In this document: positions 1 through 11,735 of the stretch, in pieces
Numbering within the stretch: the stretch's first letter is position 1
Layout: each line of letters starts with the position of its first letter
DNA from: the human T2T-CHM13v2.0 reference genome, Homo sapiens
DNA: 64,000 bases
Reading direction: 5' to 3' (one strand)
NCBI RefSeq assembly: GCF_009914755.1
Contig: NC_060937.1
Made by a program: the position numbers and the translations under genes
The notes under the pieces: generated by a model
What the model was told of the DNA's origin: nothing
Seen by the model: the letters and a program-made list of their open reading frames with translations, nothing else
Databases searched by the model: none

Positions 1-1099
1 TAGGACATTGAGCTTGCAATCAACCATAAAATATCCCTCCTATAAAAGACAAGAATTTACAGCAATAATTAGAGAACTCAATTCCATTTCTAATGTCACG
101 TATAACAAAGGAATAGGGAATTCAATAGCCCTTCATAGTGAGAAATAATAATTATTTTTAAATGCTCATGTCATTATTTTGGTGAAATATTTTACTGTGG
201 GATCATTATCAGCATTTTATTTTAAAACATATTTCAGAAGAGAGGAAAATAAGACAAATATGTACCTGCTCAGTGGTACTAGAAAAGTAGCTATTGAAAA
301 AATGTTATTTAATTAATTAAATCTATAAATATCATTCTTATTTCATAACCATAAGTAGTCAAGAAATGTTAAATTCATCACCATTTCTGTCATGATATAT
401 TAATGTTTTCAATTATTTTTCTTTAACAGTAACAGAATATCACTTTTTGAATGAAATTATGTTTTCAAATATTAGAAACACCAATCTTAACAGGGAGATG
501 ACTTTTTTTTAATTGCCCTTAAGGAAAAGTTCTAAGCTTATGCTAGCAATATATGATATACACAACTAGATGGGCTATAAATTCAATCCAATAAAACATT
601 TTTAAAATAGACATATCAGATTATATGCATTTAAATACTTTCATCTCTCCAATTTAAAACATAAAATAGAAAAACTACAACATTTATGAAAAAATTTTAG
701 TGCTCCTGGTGTTTATAAACCAGATATACCTTTGACTCAGGCTCTATTTTCTTGGAATTCACACTAAAGCAATATGTAGAAACACACAAAAAAAGTAAGA
801 AGAAAAGACCAGAGATAAATTCTATAATGTAAAAATGGGTAAACAATATAAATCATAATTTACATATCAAAACATGTCATAGGAAAACTAATACAGCAAA
901 CTCATTACTTAAGAAATGCAAAGTAAAATGTGATATCTCCAAATTTAACTTATTAAAACTTTTTAGAGCATCAGATATTGCTGATTTTGAGGAAGAATTC
1001 ACAAAGTGTTGAATAAAACAGAAATGGTAAAAACATCTAGTCTTCAAAAAATAATAAGAGAAAGTATTTAGTGAGTGATTATTGTAGGACAAGTATTTT

Positions 1100-1250
1100 T
1101 CTCAGTGTTTTGCATATATCCACTAATTTAATCATTAAAAATCTCTACTATGAATATTATTGCTAACATTTTCAGATAAAGTGTGGAGGGCTAATGGTAA
1201 AGTTAAAATTCAAACTCAACACTCTCACTTCAGAAGACCTGATTTTTACT
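1100..1250 (-). mobile_element. MIR SINE fragment (degenerate)
   Basis: 'catatatccactaatttaatcatt...attttcagataaag...attcaaactc' resembles the antisense MIR core; highly diverged. Confidence 0.45.
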
Positions 1251-1420
1251 GCTCACTCTCCTGTCTGTTGTGGATTACAGATACTATGGAAAGCTTAATA
1301 CATATATAAATATATGAACTTTCAATTTGGGGCATCTTCCTATTGCTGACCTCAGTGCTTAGGCTTCAGATCTCAATGCAACTATTTTGAGCTTAAAATG
1401 CCCAAATATCCCGTCTAAAA

Positions 1421-2075
1421 ACAGGGTTAATTCATCTTTTCTTGTGCCACGGAGTCCTTTGGTAGTCTGGTGAAAACTATGGACCCATTCAGAGACTCAT
1501 ACACAGTTTTAAGTTAATAAAAATATATAACATTATTAAGGGAAATAATATTATTTAAGTATGGTTTGCAAAATGTTAAGTGGGGGGAATTTGTGATGTG
1601 GAAATGTATATGCTTCTTTAACAAGATCTTGTGTTGGTTCCAGTAACTGTTTTACTTTCAAAGTAAGGATCTGCCGGGCACTTTATAATCCCACGCCTAT
1701 AATCCCAGCACTTTAGGAGCCCAAGGCGGGTGGATCATCTGATGTCAGGAGTTCAAGACCAGCCTGGCCAACTTGGTGAAATCCCAACTCTACCTAAAAT
1801 ACAAAAAATTAGCTGGGCGTGGTGGCATGCACCTGTAATCCCAACTACTCATGAGGCTGAGGCAGGAGAATTGCTTGAAGCTGGGAGGTGGAGGTTGCAG
1901 TGGGCTCAGATTGCACCATTGCACTCCTGCCTGAGCAATGGGAGTGAAACTCCATCTGGAAAAAAAAAAAAAAAAAAAAAGGATAACTCATGATGACCAT
2001 ACATGTATTTCAGGATATTGCTACAAGAATTCATGATTCCTGAAGTAGAGCCTCTGCCAAAGGTTTTATAAAACC
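1421..2075. mobile_element. hAT-Charlie family DNA transposon remnant, interrupted by an Alu
   Basis: Starts 'cagggttaattcatctttt...tgtgccacggagtcctttggtagtctggtgaaaactatggaccc', resembling a Charlie-family terminus; right boundary approximate. Confidence 0.5.
1672..1980 (+). mobile_element. Alu (AluS-like) with rearranged 5' end
   Basis: Dimeric Alu with A-rich linker and poly(A) ending at 1980; AAGGAT on both flanks as probable TSD. Confidence 0.95.
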
Positions 2076-3449
2076 TAGTTTTTAGAATAGTGATTGACCT
2101 TCCTTTTCTAGTGTCTCCTGAATCTGAAGACTATGGCCTAGTTACAGCAGTAGCTTCAACTACTTTGTAGTCAACTAAAAACACCATACATCGCTTCTTG
2201 TTAATACTCAACAATTGTCAAAGATGTATGACCAATAAGTTATTATGTCTCACTTTTATACCTTCTTGTTGATATGCCTTCCTGTTGTACCTTCTTGTTT
2301 ACAACCCAAATTTCTATTGTTTTTCACTTACATTCCAACATTTTATGTGCTCTGGAACACTCACATCTTCAACCTCTTTCAGTAAGTGTTCCATTTGCCT
2401 GTTTATCTTTTATAAAAATGGATATCTCAGGGTAAGTGTGTGGTTTCCTTAATTACATTGCAGCTACTATATAAATCCTTGCTTCTTTATGGCTTAGGCC
2501 ATAAAACTTCATCAATATCTACTTTAAAAAATGTTGCCATATATCAACATCTGTTTCTCAATGAAAGTATTGTAGAACGACAAACTAGATAATATGTGGA
2601 CTTTCCTGTTAATATCGTGTCTCTTAAGGGCAAGCAATATCAAATAAAATTAACTTGATTTCTCCTCAAATATTCATTTTCTTAGCCATACTCTTATAAT
2701 TACCTTCACCTAGGACAATTCTACAACTGTAAAATTAAATTCAAATGGCCCACTATTTGAGAACAAATTTTGATCTTACTTACTTAGCCTCAGCTACCGT
2801 AGCCATTAATCAGTTCTTTATTTCAGATGTTCTCTCCAGACATAGGTTTTTCTCTTTCTAGTCAGGTGGTCAGAAGCATAGTTGAGCTGAAGAGAGAGCT
2901 AAGATGCAAGGTGTCAACATAGTCAATTAAAATTACAAGCCAAAATGAAATAACAGTCAGTATTTTAATTACTCACTGTGATAAAATTCACAAAGCTCTA
3001 ACTCTTCTCAGTTCCATTTTCCACCATAAAATGGACTGGTAGAAAGGGTCATCGCACTGCTGTGGGAGCCCTGAAAGAAAGGCTCCTGGAGAAAAGGTGG
3101 AGAGGATTAGGTGTAGAAAAGTATGGAGTACTGAGTTACAGTGGAAAGGTTTGTTTTCATGGTTTCTACCCCCTCTTTCTGATAAGGAGGTCTCAACAAT
3201 GGTGCCCAAGGAAGGCCTTGGCCAAACTCCTGAGATCAAAAGACCTTCTGATGAAAGTGCCTGGGCTAGGGAAGCAAGAATGCTTCAGAGCATGGCTGGT
3301 CAGGGGGGCCTGAGTTCCTAATGCTGACCCCACAGCTACTTCAAAGCACTGTCACCAAGTTTGTTTGGAGAGGGCAGCTTTTCCTCAAGATGCCTGTTAG
3401 GTAAAGCCTTTGTCATTGGCTATGGTCAGCCATGGAAAAAATCATGTGT

Positions 3450-3516
3450 TTCCTTCCTTCCTTCCTTCCTTCTTCCTTCCTTCCCTCCTTCCTTTCTTTC
3501 TTTCTTGCTTTCTTTG
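3450..3516. repeat. (TTCC)n/(TTTC)n pyrimidine microsatellite
   Basis: Directly visible. Confidence 0.9.
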
Positions 3517-3789
3517 TTTTTTTGCCAGGATCTCAACTCTAGTTTGTTCTTCAAGACTCCAGTCTGTTCTTCAACACTATTGCAAAAATAGTCTTCCATT
3601 GCTCAAACATCAGTTGTTACGACTGTTAACTTCATTTTCAGTAGATGATATGTATTGTTTCTTTAAATTAATTAAAAAGACATGATAAGAAAAATTTATT
3701 TATTTTCTACAAAAGTATTTCAAATCACTCTTACTCCATGTGCAATCTACTTACTGTTTCTTCTTGAAAGGTAAGAATTGTCCTTTACC

Positions 3790-4860
3790 TCCTCTACAAT
3801 GTATCTCCTCTACACTTTGAATCCCATCTCTTCCCAGATTTAAGGACCATAACTCAGTAATTTTTGCCCTTTCCTGTAAAACTGCACCCTCTCTCTCCTA
3901 ATAGTTTTCTCTTTAAGCTTGCTCAAGTTTATTCTATTAAAATATTATAATAAAAATAAATATTCCCTCATTTCAACTGACTTCCTCAGACTGTCTTGTT
4001 TTGCTCCTCTTCATCACTCCCATATTTCATAAAAAATTAATTAAAATTTACTTTCTCACTTTCTACTCAGTACTAAAGCCACATGCATTAGTCTATTCTC
4101 ATACTGTTATAAGGAGACTACCTGAGACTGGGTAATTTATAAAGAAAGGAGGTTTAATTGACTCACAGATCTGCATGGCTGGGAGGCCTCAGGAAACTTA
4201 CAATAATGGCAGAAGGCAAAGGGGACGCAGGCACATCTTACATGGTGGCAGGAATAAAAAAGTGAGCAAGTGCCACAATTTAAAACCATCAGCTCTTGTG
4301 AGAACTCACTAAATATCATGAGAACAGCATGGGGAAAAATGCCCCCATGATCCAATCACCTCCCAACAGGTTCCTTCCTTGAAATATGGGGATTACAATT
4401 CAAGATGAGATTTAGGTACAGACACAGAGACAAACCATATACTGTACTTAGACATCTGTATTACCACTACACTGAAACTACCTTTATCAATGTCATCAAG
4501 AACCAACTCATTTTTATATTCAGCTTTTATTTCTTAAGTGTCTTAATATTTACTGGTGGAAATAGCCTTTGACACTGTTGATCAATTCCATTTACCTTAA
4601 AACACTCTCTTCTCTTGACTTGTATAATTTCTCACCACCTGACTTTGTCCGGACCTCTTTTACATTTTATTTGAACTTTTGCTTTAATGGTTTCCCTTCT
4701 TCTGCTCATTCTTTAAACTTAAGTGACCTACCTATAGGAAATCTTCATTGCAATGTCCCTTGAGTACTCACATCTCAGGTGTTCAAATAGAACTTGCCAC
4801 ATATTTACTCCAACACTATTCCTCTTATTTTCCTTATCTCAATGAATGGAGAAATCATTT
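3790..4860 (+). mobile_element. L2 LINE remnant split by a THE1 LTR
   Basis: L2-like phrases 'ccactacactgaaactacctttatcaatgtcatcaag', 'tttgacactgttgatca', 'aaaacactctcttctcttgact'. Confidence 0.6.
4084..4441 (-). mobile_element. ERVL-MaLR solo LTR (THE1D/MSTA-like)
   Basis: 'gagactgggtaatttataaagaaaggaggtttaattgactcacag...gacacagagacaaaccatat' is the antisense THE1/MST LTR. Confidence 0.9.
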
Positions 4861-4881
4861 AAATGCAGATGACTTAGTCAT

Positions 4882-5202
4882 TATCTTAATCTGCTTGTGC
4901 TGCTGTAATAAAATACCTGAGACTAGGTAATTTATAAGGAAAAGAAATTTCTTTATTGCTGCTCTGGTGCTGAGAAGTCCATAAAGTGTCAGCATCTGGT
5001 GAGGGTTTTCTTGCTGTGTATTCACATGCTAGAAGTTGGAAAGAGAAGAGGACCAAATGCTACATGAAGCTTCTTATCTAAGGGCTTTCATCCCATTCAC
5101 AAAGGAAGAGCACTCACAGTCAAATCATCTTTTAAAGGCTTCCACTATTAATACTACCACGTTGGAAACAACTGAATTTTGGAGGAGACACAAACCATTG
5201 CA
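4882..5202 (-). mobile_element. ERVL-MaLR solo LTR (MSTC/MSTD-like)
   Basis: 'tgctgtaataaaatacctgagactaggtaatttataaggaaaagaaattt...ttttggaggagacacaaaccattgca'. Confidence 0.75.
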
Positions 5203-5366
5203 GTTATTATCCTTTGCCTTCCTACTTTCTTATCAAAACACATGTACAATAAAATCTTGTTGATTATGCACATTCATCTCTGTTAATTTTTTAGTTTTTA
5301 GGGAAAAAAAGCAAACTTCATGCATATGTATTAAATTTGTGTCAGATACTTTGATGTTTAAAATGC

Positions 5367-6610
5367 AAAGTCATGGTCTTTGGCAGCTCCACCCCAGTGA
5401 CTTTGCAGGGTACAGCCTCCCTCCTAGCTGCTTTCACAGGCTGGCATTGAGTGTCTGAGGCTTTTTCAAGAGCACTGTGCAAACTGTCAGTGCATCTACC
5501 TTCCTAGGATCTGGAGAATTGTGGCTCTCTTCTCACAGCTCCACCATGCTGGAGGACAGTGGCCCTCTTCTCACAGCTCCACTAGATGGTGCCCCAGCAG
5601 GGACTCAGTGTGGGGACTTCAACCCCACATTTCCCTTTTGCACTGCCCTAGCAGAGGTTCTCTATGAGGGTCTCTCCCCTCCAGCAAACTTTTGCATGGA
5701 CATCTAGGCATTTCCATATATTCTCTGAAATCTAGATGGAGGTTTCCAAACCTCAGTTCTTGACTTCTGTGCACCCGCAGGCTTAACACCACGTGGAAGC
5801 TGCCAAGTCTTGGGGCTTGCACCCTCTGATGCCATGGCCTGAGCTGTACCTTGACCCCTTTTAGACATGGCTAGAACTGCTGAGATTCAGGGCACAAAGT
5901 TCCTAGGCTGCACAGAGCAGAGGGGCCCTGGGCCTAGCTCTGGAAATCTTGTTTTCCTCCTAGGCCTCTGGACCTGTGATGGGAGGGGCTGCCTCAAAGG
6001 TTTCTGACATGCTCTAGTGACATTTTCTCCATTGTCTTGGCAATTAACATTTGGCTCCTTGTTACTTATGCAAATTTCTGCAGCCGGCTTGAATTTCCCC
6101 TCAGAAAATGGGTTTTTCTTTTCTATAGCATCACAAGGCTGCAAATTTTCCGAACTTTTATGCTCTGTTTTTCTTTTAAAATTGAATGCTTTTAACAGCA
6201 CCCAAGTCACTTCTCGAATGCTTTGCTGCTTAGAAATTTCTCCTGCTACATACCCTAAATCATCTCCCTCAAGTTCAAAGTCCAACAGATCTCTTGGGCA
6301 GGGGCAAAATGCCACCAGTCTCTTTGCTAAAACACAGCAAGACTAACCTTTATTTCAGTTGTCAACAAGTTCCTCATCTGCATCTGAGGACCACCTCAGC
6401 CTGAATTTCATTGACCATATCATTATCAGCATTTGGATCAAAGCCATTCAACAAGTCTCTTGGAAGTTCCAAACTTTCCCACATTTTCCTTTTTTCTTCT
6501 AAGCCTTCAAAACCATTCCAGCCTCTGCCTGTTACCCAGTTCCAAAGTCACCTTCCACATTTTGAGGTATCCTTACAGCAGCACCCCACTCTATACCAGT
6601 ACCAATTTAC
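5367..6610 (-). mobile_element. THE1 internal region (THE1-int), 3'-truncated
   Basis: Characteristic THE1-int sequence; ORF 5887..6315(-) 'FCPCPRDL..FELEGDDLGY...EISKQQS' is the MaLR-int ORF remnant; abuts the LTR at 'gtaccaatttac'. Confidence 0.9.
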
Positions 6611-6979
6611 TGTATTAGTACATTTTCATGCTGCTAATAAACACATACCCAAGACTGGATAACTTATAAAGAAAAAGATATTTAATGGACTTACAGTTTC
6701 ACATGGTTGGAGAGGCCTCACAATCATGGTAGAAGGTGAAGGAAGAGCAAAGGCATGTCTTACATGGTGGCAGGCAAGAGAGAATGGAAAACCAAGAGAA
6801 GAGAAAAACCCTTCATAAAACCATCAGATCCCATGAGAATTCACTCACTATCATGAGAACAGTACAGGGGAAAGTGCCCCTATGATTCAATTATCTCCAC
6901 CTGGACCTGCCCTTGATATGTGGGGATTATTAAAATTCAAGGTGAGATTTGGGTGGGGACACAGAGCCAAATAATATCA
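6611..6979 (-). mobile_element. THE1 5' LTR (THE1B/C-like)
   Basis: 'tgtattagtacattttcatgctgctaataaa...gagatttgggtggggacacagagccaaataatatca'. Confidence 0.9.
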
Positions 6980-7064
6980 ACCTCCCACTTGGCCCAGCTG
7001 CAATGCTGGAGGTCACATTTCAGCATGAGATTTAGAGAGGACAAAATAGCCAAACCATATTATC
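6980..7064 (-). mobile_element. MST-type LTR 5' fragment (probable host of the THE1 insertion)
   Basis: 'acctcccacttggccc...cacatttcagcatgagatttagagaggacaaaatagccaaaccatat'. Confidence 0.65.
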
Positions 7065-7111
7065 ATGTGTTTCCCATGCATATATCTTGCAGTAACTTCC
7101 CATTATATATG

Positions 7112-7310
7112 GAAGAGATTGCTGACTGTTTCTGTCAGGGCCAGATAATAAATGTCTTAGGCTTTATGGAGGATACAGTCTTTGTCACAAACATGTAACT
7201 CTGTTGTAGCATAAATGCAGTCATAGCCAATACTTCCATGAAAGAATATGGCTGCATTCCAATGAAACTTTGTTTATAAAAAAGGTGGCAGGGCAGATTT
7301 GAAAACCTCT
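7112..7310 (+). mobile_element. MER58A (hAT-Charlie MITE)
   Basis: 'ttctgtcagggccagataataaatgtcttaggcttt...ggctgcattccaatgaaactttgtttataaaaa'. Confidence 0.8.
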
Positions 7311-7471
7311 AACACATAATGAGAAAAATCCACAATCTTAAGAATGCTTTACTAAACACTTTAGTACATTCCCAACCCGCAGAACCTGCAGAATTCATTC
7401 ACAGTAACCACCAGCCTCTGCTTCTGATTTTAATAGCCTAGACAATTATAATCGTTTTGGTATCAATTTTC

Positions 7472-7657
7472 TGTGTCAGTCTGTTCTTGCAATGCTATAA
7501 AGAAATATCAGAGACTGGGTAATTGTTAAAGAAAAGAGGTTTTATAGGCTCGCAGTCTGCAGGTTGTACAACAATTCTAGTACCAGCATCTGCTTTTGAT
7601 GAGGGCCTCAGAAAGCTTAAAGTCATGGCAGAAGGTGAAGAGGGGGTTGGTGTATCA
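7472..7657 (-). mobile_element. MSTB-like LTR, partial
   Basis: 'tgtgtcagtctgttcttgcaatgctataaagaaatatcagagactgggtaatt...gagggcctcagaaagctt'. Confidence 0.75.
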
Positions 7658-7674
7658 GTTTTCCTTTAAAGGCA

Positions 7675-8580
<906 letters not shown>

Positions 8581-9084
8581 TAAGTACTCAAAGATTTCTT
8601 ACTTTTGGGTCTTTGCTTGCTGAAATACCTTTTTGCTTATTCCATTCTCTGAAGAGAAATAAATATGCCACTTACTCTAAACTCCTTTTAACATGATCAT
8701 TTTCTTAATCACCTTTGTATCCCTATTGCATGTATAGTGCCAAAAATGTAGTAGAGGATTAATAAGTGTTTTTTAAAAACTGAGCAAAAACAAATCAGAA
8801 ATGTATTCTTGTTATTGTTTTTGTAAATTAATTGGCCAGGAATTATATATGGAGATGCATCACTAAATAACATAGAAATAACTTCTCCTTATAGTCAACA
8901 ATTGGGTAGCTTACAGGAAAGATCAACCTAATAATTAAGTATGAAAAGTAAAGTAGGTGGTATGGGATATCATTAAGAAGAAATGCAGTTGAAGTTTATT
9001 TTAGGTAACTTTCAAGCATTTTTCCTATAAATTTCATATCGTGCCAATAGAATAAACATCAACAAACTATAGACCTCTATCTAA

Positions 9085-9263
9085 ATCTGGTTTGCCAAAG
9101 TTTTTTGGTAAATAAAACTTTATGGGGGTGCATGATCTTCATTCTTCTTTCACACTAAAATGGCAAAGTTGAGTAATTGCAAGGAGACAGTAGGCCACAC
9201 AGCCCCCTAACACTAAAATATTTTCTATCTGGCCTTTTACTGACAAAGTTTTATAAACTCTTC
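9085..9263 (-). mobile_element. MER58-type MITE, partial
   Basis: 'ggcaaagttgagtaattgcaaggagacag...ctaaaatattttctatctggccttttactgacaaagtt'. Confidence 0.7.
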
Positions 9264-9503
9264 TCCAGATAAATAAAAAATTTACAACCATAATCTCAAA
9301 AAAACGAAACATATGGTTTGAATAATTTGATTGGTTGCACTTCTGAGGCAATTATGTTTACTGTTGTTGGGTATCAAAATGAAAATCCCCACTTAGTCCA
9401 TTAAAAAAATTCTGAAGAAATAATTGCTAATATTGAAAGTCATTCATACATATTTATGTCAGGATTTCTATATCATATTCTCTCTCTGGCATGACTTTCA
9501 AGT

Positions 9504-9561
9504 AGTTAATATCTAAATATCTTATAGATTAGTTAATTAATATCTAAATATCTTATGGATT
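9504..9561. repeat. Tandem duplication of ~27-31 bp
   Basis: 'ttaatatctaaatatcttat[a/g]gatt' twice in tandem. Confidence 0.85.
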
Positions 9562-11014
9562 CCTCTTACGTGGTACAAGTACTACCTTTTTTCTAAAAGA
9601 TCTAAAGTTATAAAAGTTAACATTTTTATAATACCAATATCATTTTAATTTCAATAATATTAATATTATTTTTCATTTAATGCATACTTAGTGAAGAAAT
9701 GGTCCATTTTTTTTTCTCCCACTGGATACAGCTTTTTTTATCCATAGCCATTACACTGAGCCAAGAGTGCTTTGAAGTTGTTTCAGATCTGGCACTGAAG
9801 AGGTTATTTTCTGTGACAGTTTTTCCTTAAGTAAAGTTTGGCTGGCTAAGTCAAGGAGCTCATACTGAGCTCTGTGTGAAAGGTCCATACCAAAGGAATT
9901 TCAAACAGCAGGCAGCAAGATGAAGTCCTGGTTGCTTAGCAGTTACTTTCAAACAGAACTAGTAAGAAGGATAGAGAAACATCCCAATAGACAGATCATA
10001 GACACTCCAAAACACATCTGTCACAAGTCTAAGGAACAAACACAGATATAGGATGCAGATGTTTGAAAAATATCGAGTTGTATGTTATAACAATTAAAAC
10101 ACAATTTAATTCTGGAGGAAATTGGGCTAATGGGCTTTAACACAAAGCAGATGCTCGGAAACAGGGGTAAGTTAGGAACCTAGACATGGAAAATAAGGGA
10201 GAGGCCAGGGCTTAAGCACAAGTGATTAAAATCAGTTCCCGGTATTACGATACAAGGTCAGAGTGTAAGCAACTGAACACAGGTTTCATGAAAAAACTAA
10301 CAATCTAGATCTCTTTGTATTAACTCTTCTTTTTAGCAGATAAGTCACAGAATCTGGAGAATGGTGAAAACACAAGGAGGCATTAAATGCTCCAAAATTC
10401 AAAATTAGCAGGACACAGAGTCAGGGAGCCAAGAAAACCAATGCAACTTATGATTTATCCTCATTTCAAAGGGTTATTTAAGCTCTCTCTGATTGTGAGC
10501 CAAGAAACACTCACTAAATGTTCTATTTTTATGCAACATATGTAACATCAACCAATTTATCTTTCAATTACCTTCTAGTAATTGTTTTCCTTTTTCTCTC
10601 TAGAATCTAGAAAGTTTTATTTCCTTGCTAGCTTTGGTTTCTATTTCTATCTAGTATTTACATTTACAGAAGAAAAGAAATATAATATCATGAATTTACC
10701 AGAAAATAAAATTAGAACTATGTCAGCCAAAATTATTGAAGAAAATAACTGTGACAACAAAAAAAGGGATTAGATGGAGAAGATTGCTAGAGTAAACACT
10801 GTGTTGTTGGTATTCATTTTATGACTCCAATCTGTTGTTACTCAGTAAAACAAATGCCAGAATAAGAGCCAATCAGGACTCTTAGAAAAATATACCCTGT
10901 ATCAGAGATGCAGTATTAGCCATCGTAATATTATTATTCCTGTGAGTTACCCGATAAGCTTAAGGGCTGTTTATATTATAGTTGGAAATATAAAAAGGCC
11001 ATAAGGAAAATAGA

Positions 11015-11225
11015 TGATGAATTCAGACAGCTTGGGATTAGTCCTGGATCTACTACTTAATAAACTTACTCACCCTGTTCTTTGGGGTCATCTAATCTGA
11101 AAAGTGGTTTGAGAATATAAGTACCTCTTTAAAGAGTTGTTGGAAATATTTCTTAAATAGTTAAGTTTAAGTAGTGGACACACATATCCCTGCCATGAAA
11201 CAAGTACCCAATAAACATTGGTTAT
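11015..11225 (+). mobile_element. MIR SINE
   Basis: 'tcagacagcttgggattagtcctggatctactactta...agtacccaataaacattggtta'. Confidence 0.55.
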
Positions 11226-11403
11226 CACCTTATATCACAAGAACTGGAAAAATTGTAGATACACATAAAATCCAAAATGTATTTTGATGAAAAAGTCATA
11301 CTGGAAAACTAATAGTCTGTATACTTTAGGAAGTAGTTGCTAACTTCAAGCTGAGGTATTAAGTCTTTCAATCTTGAGTGCCATCACTAAAAATTAAAAT
11401 GCT

Positions 11404-11521
11404 GGCTGGGCATAGTGACTCAGACCTGCAAGCCCAGCACTTTGGGAGACCAAAGAGGGAGGATTTCGTAAGGACAGGAATTTGAGAGGAGCCTGGACAA
11501 TATGGCAAAATCCCGTCTCTA

Positions 11522-11556
<35 letters not shown>

Positions 11557-11735
11557 ACAAATTAGCCTGGTGTGGTGGCTCATGCCTAAAGTCCCAGCTA
11601 CTCCAGAAGTGGAGGCAGGAAGATCGCTTGAGCCCAGGAGGTTAAGGTTGCAGTGAACCGTGACTGCGCCACTGCATTCTAGGCTGGGCAACAGAACAAG
11701 ACCTTGTCTTAAAAACAAAAGCAAAAACAAAAAGC
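11404..11735 (+). mobile_element. AluJ with expanded A32 middle linker
   Basis: AluJ diagnostics ('gatcgcttgagcccaggaggttaaggttgcag'); TSD AAAT[T/G]AAAATGCT. Confidence 0.95.

Noticed and set aside
2860-3600. Possible LTR-like element
   Set aside because: Composition is suggestive, but I could not assign a family or termini with confidence
5887-6315. 142-aa ORF
   Set aside because: THE1-int remnant, not a host gene
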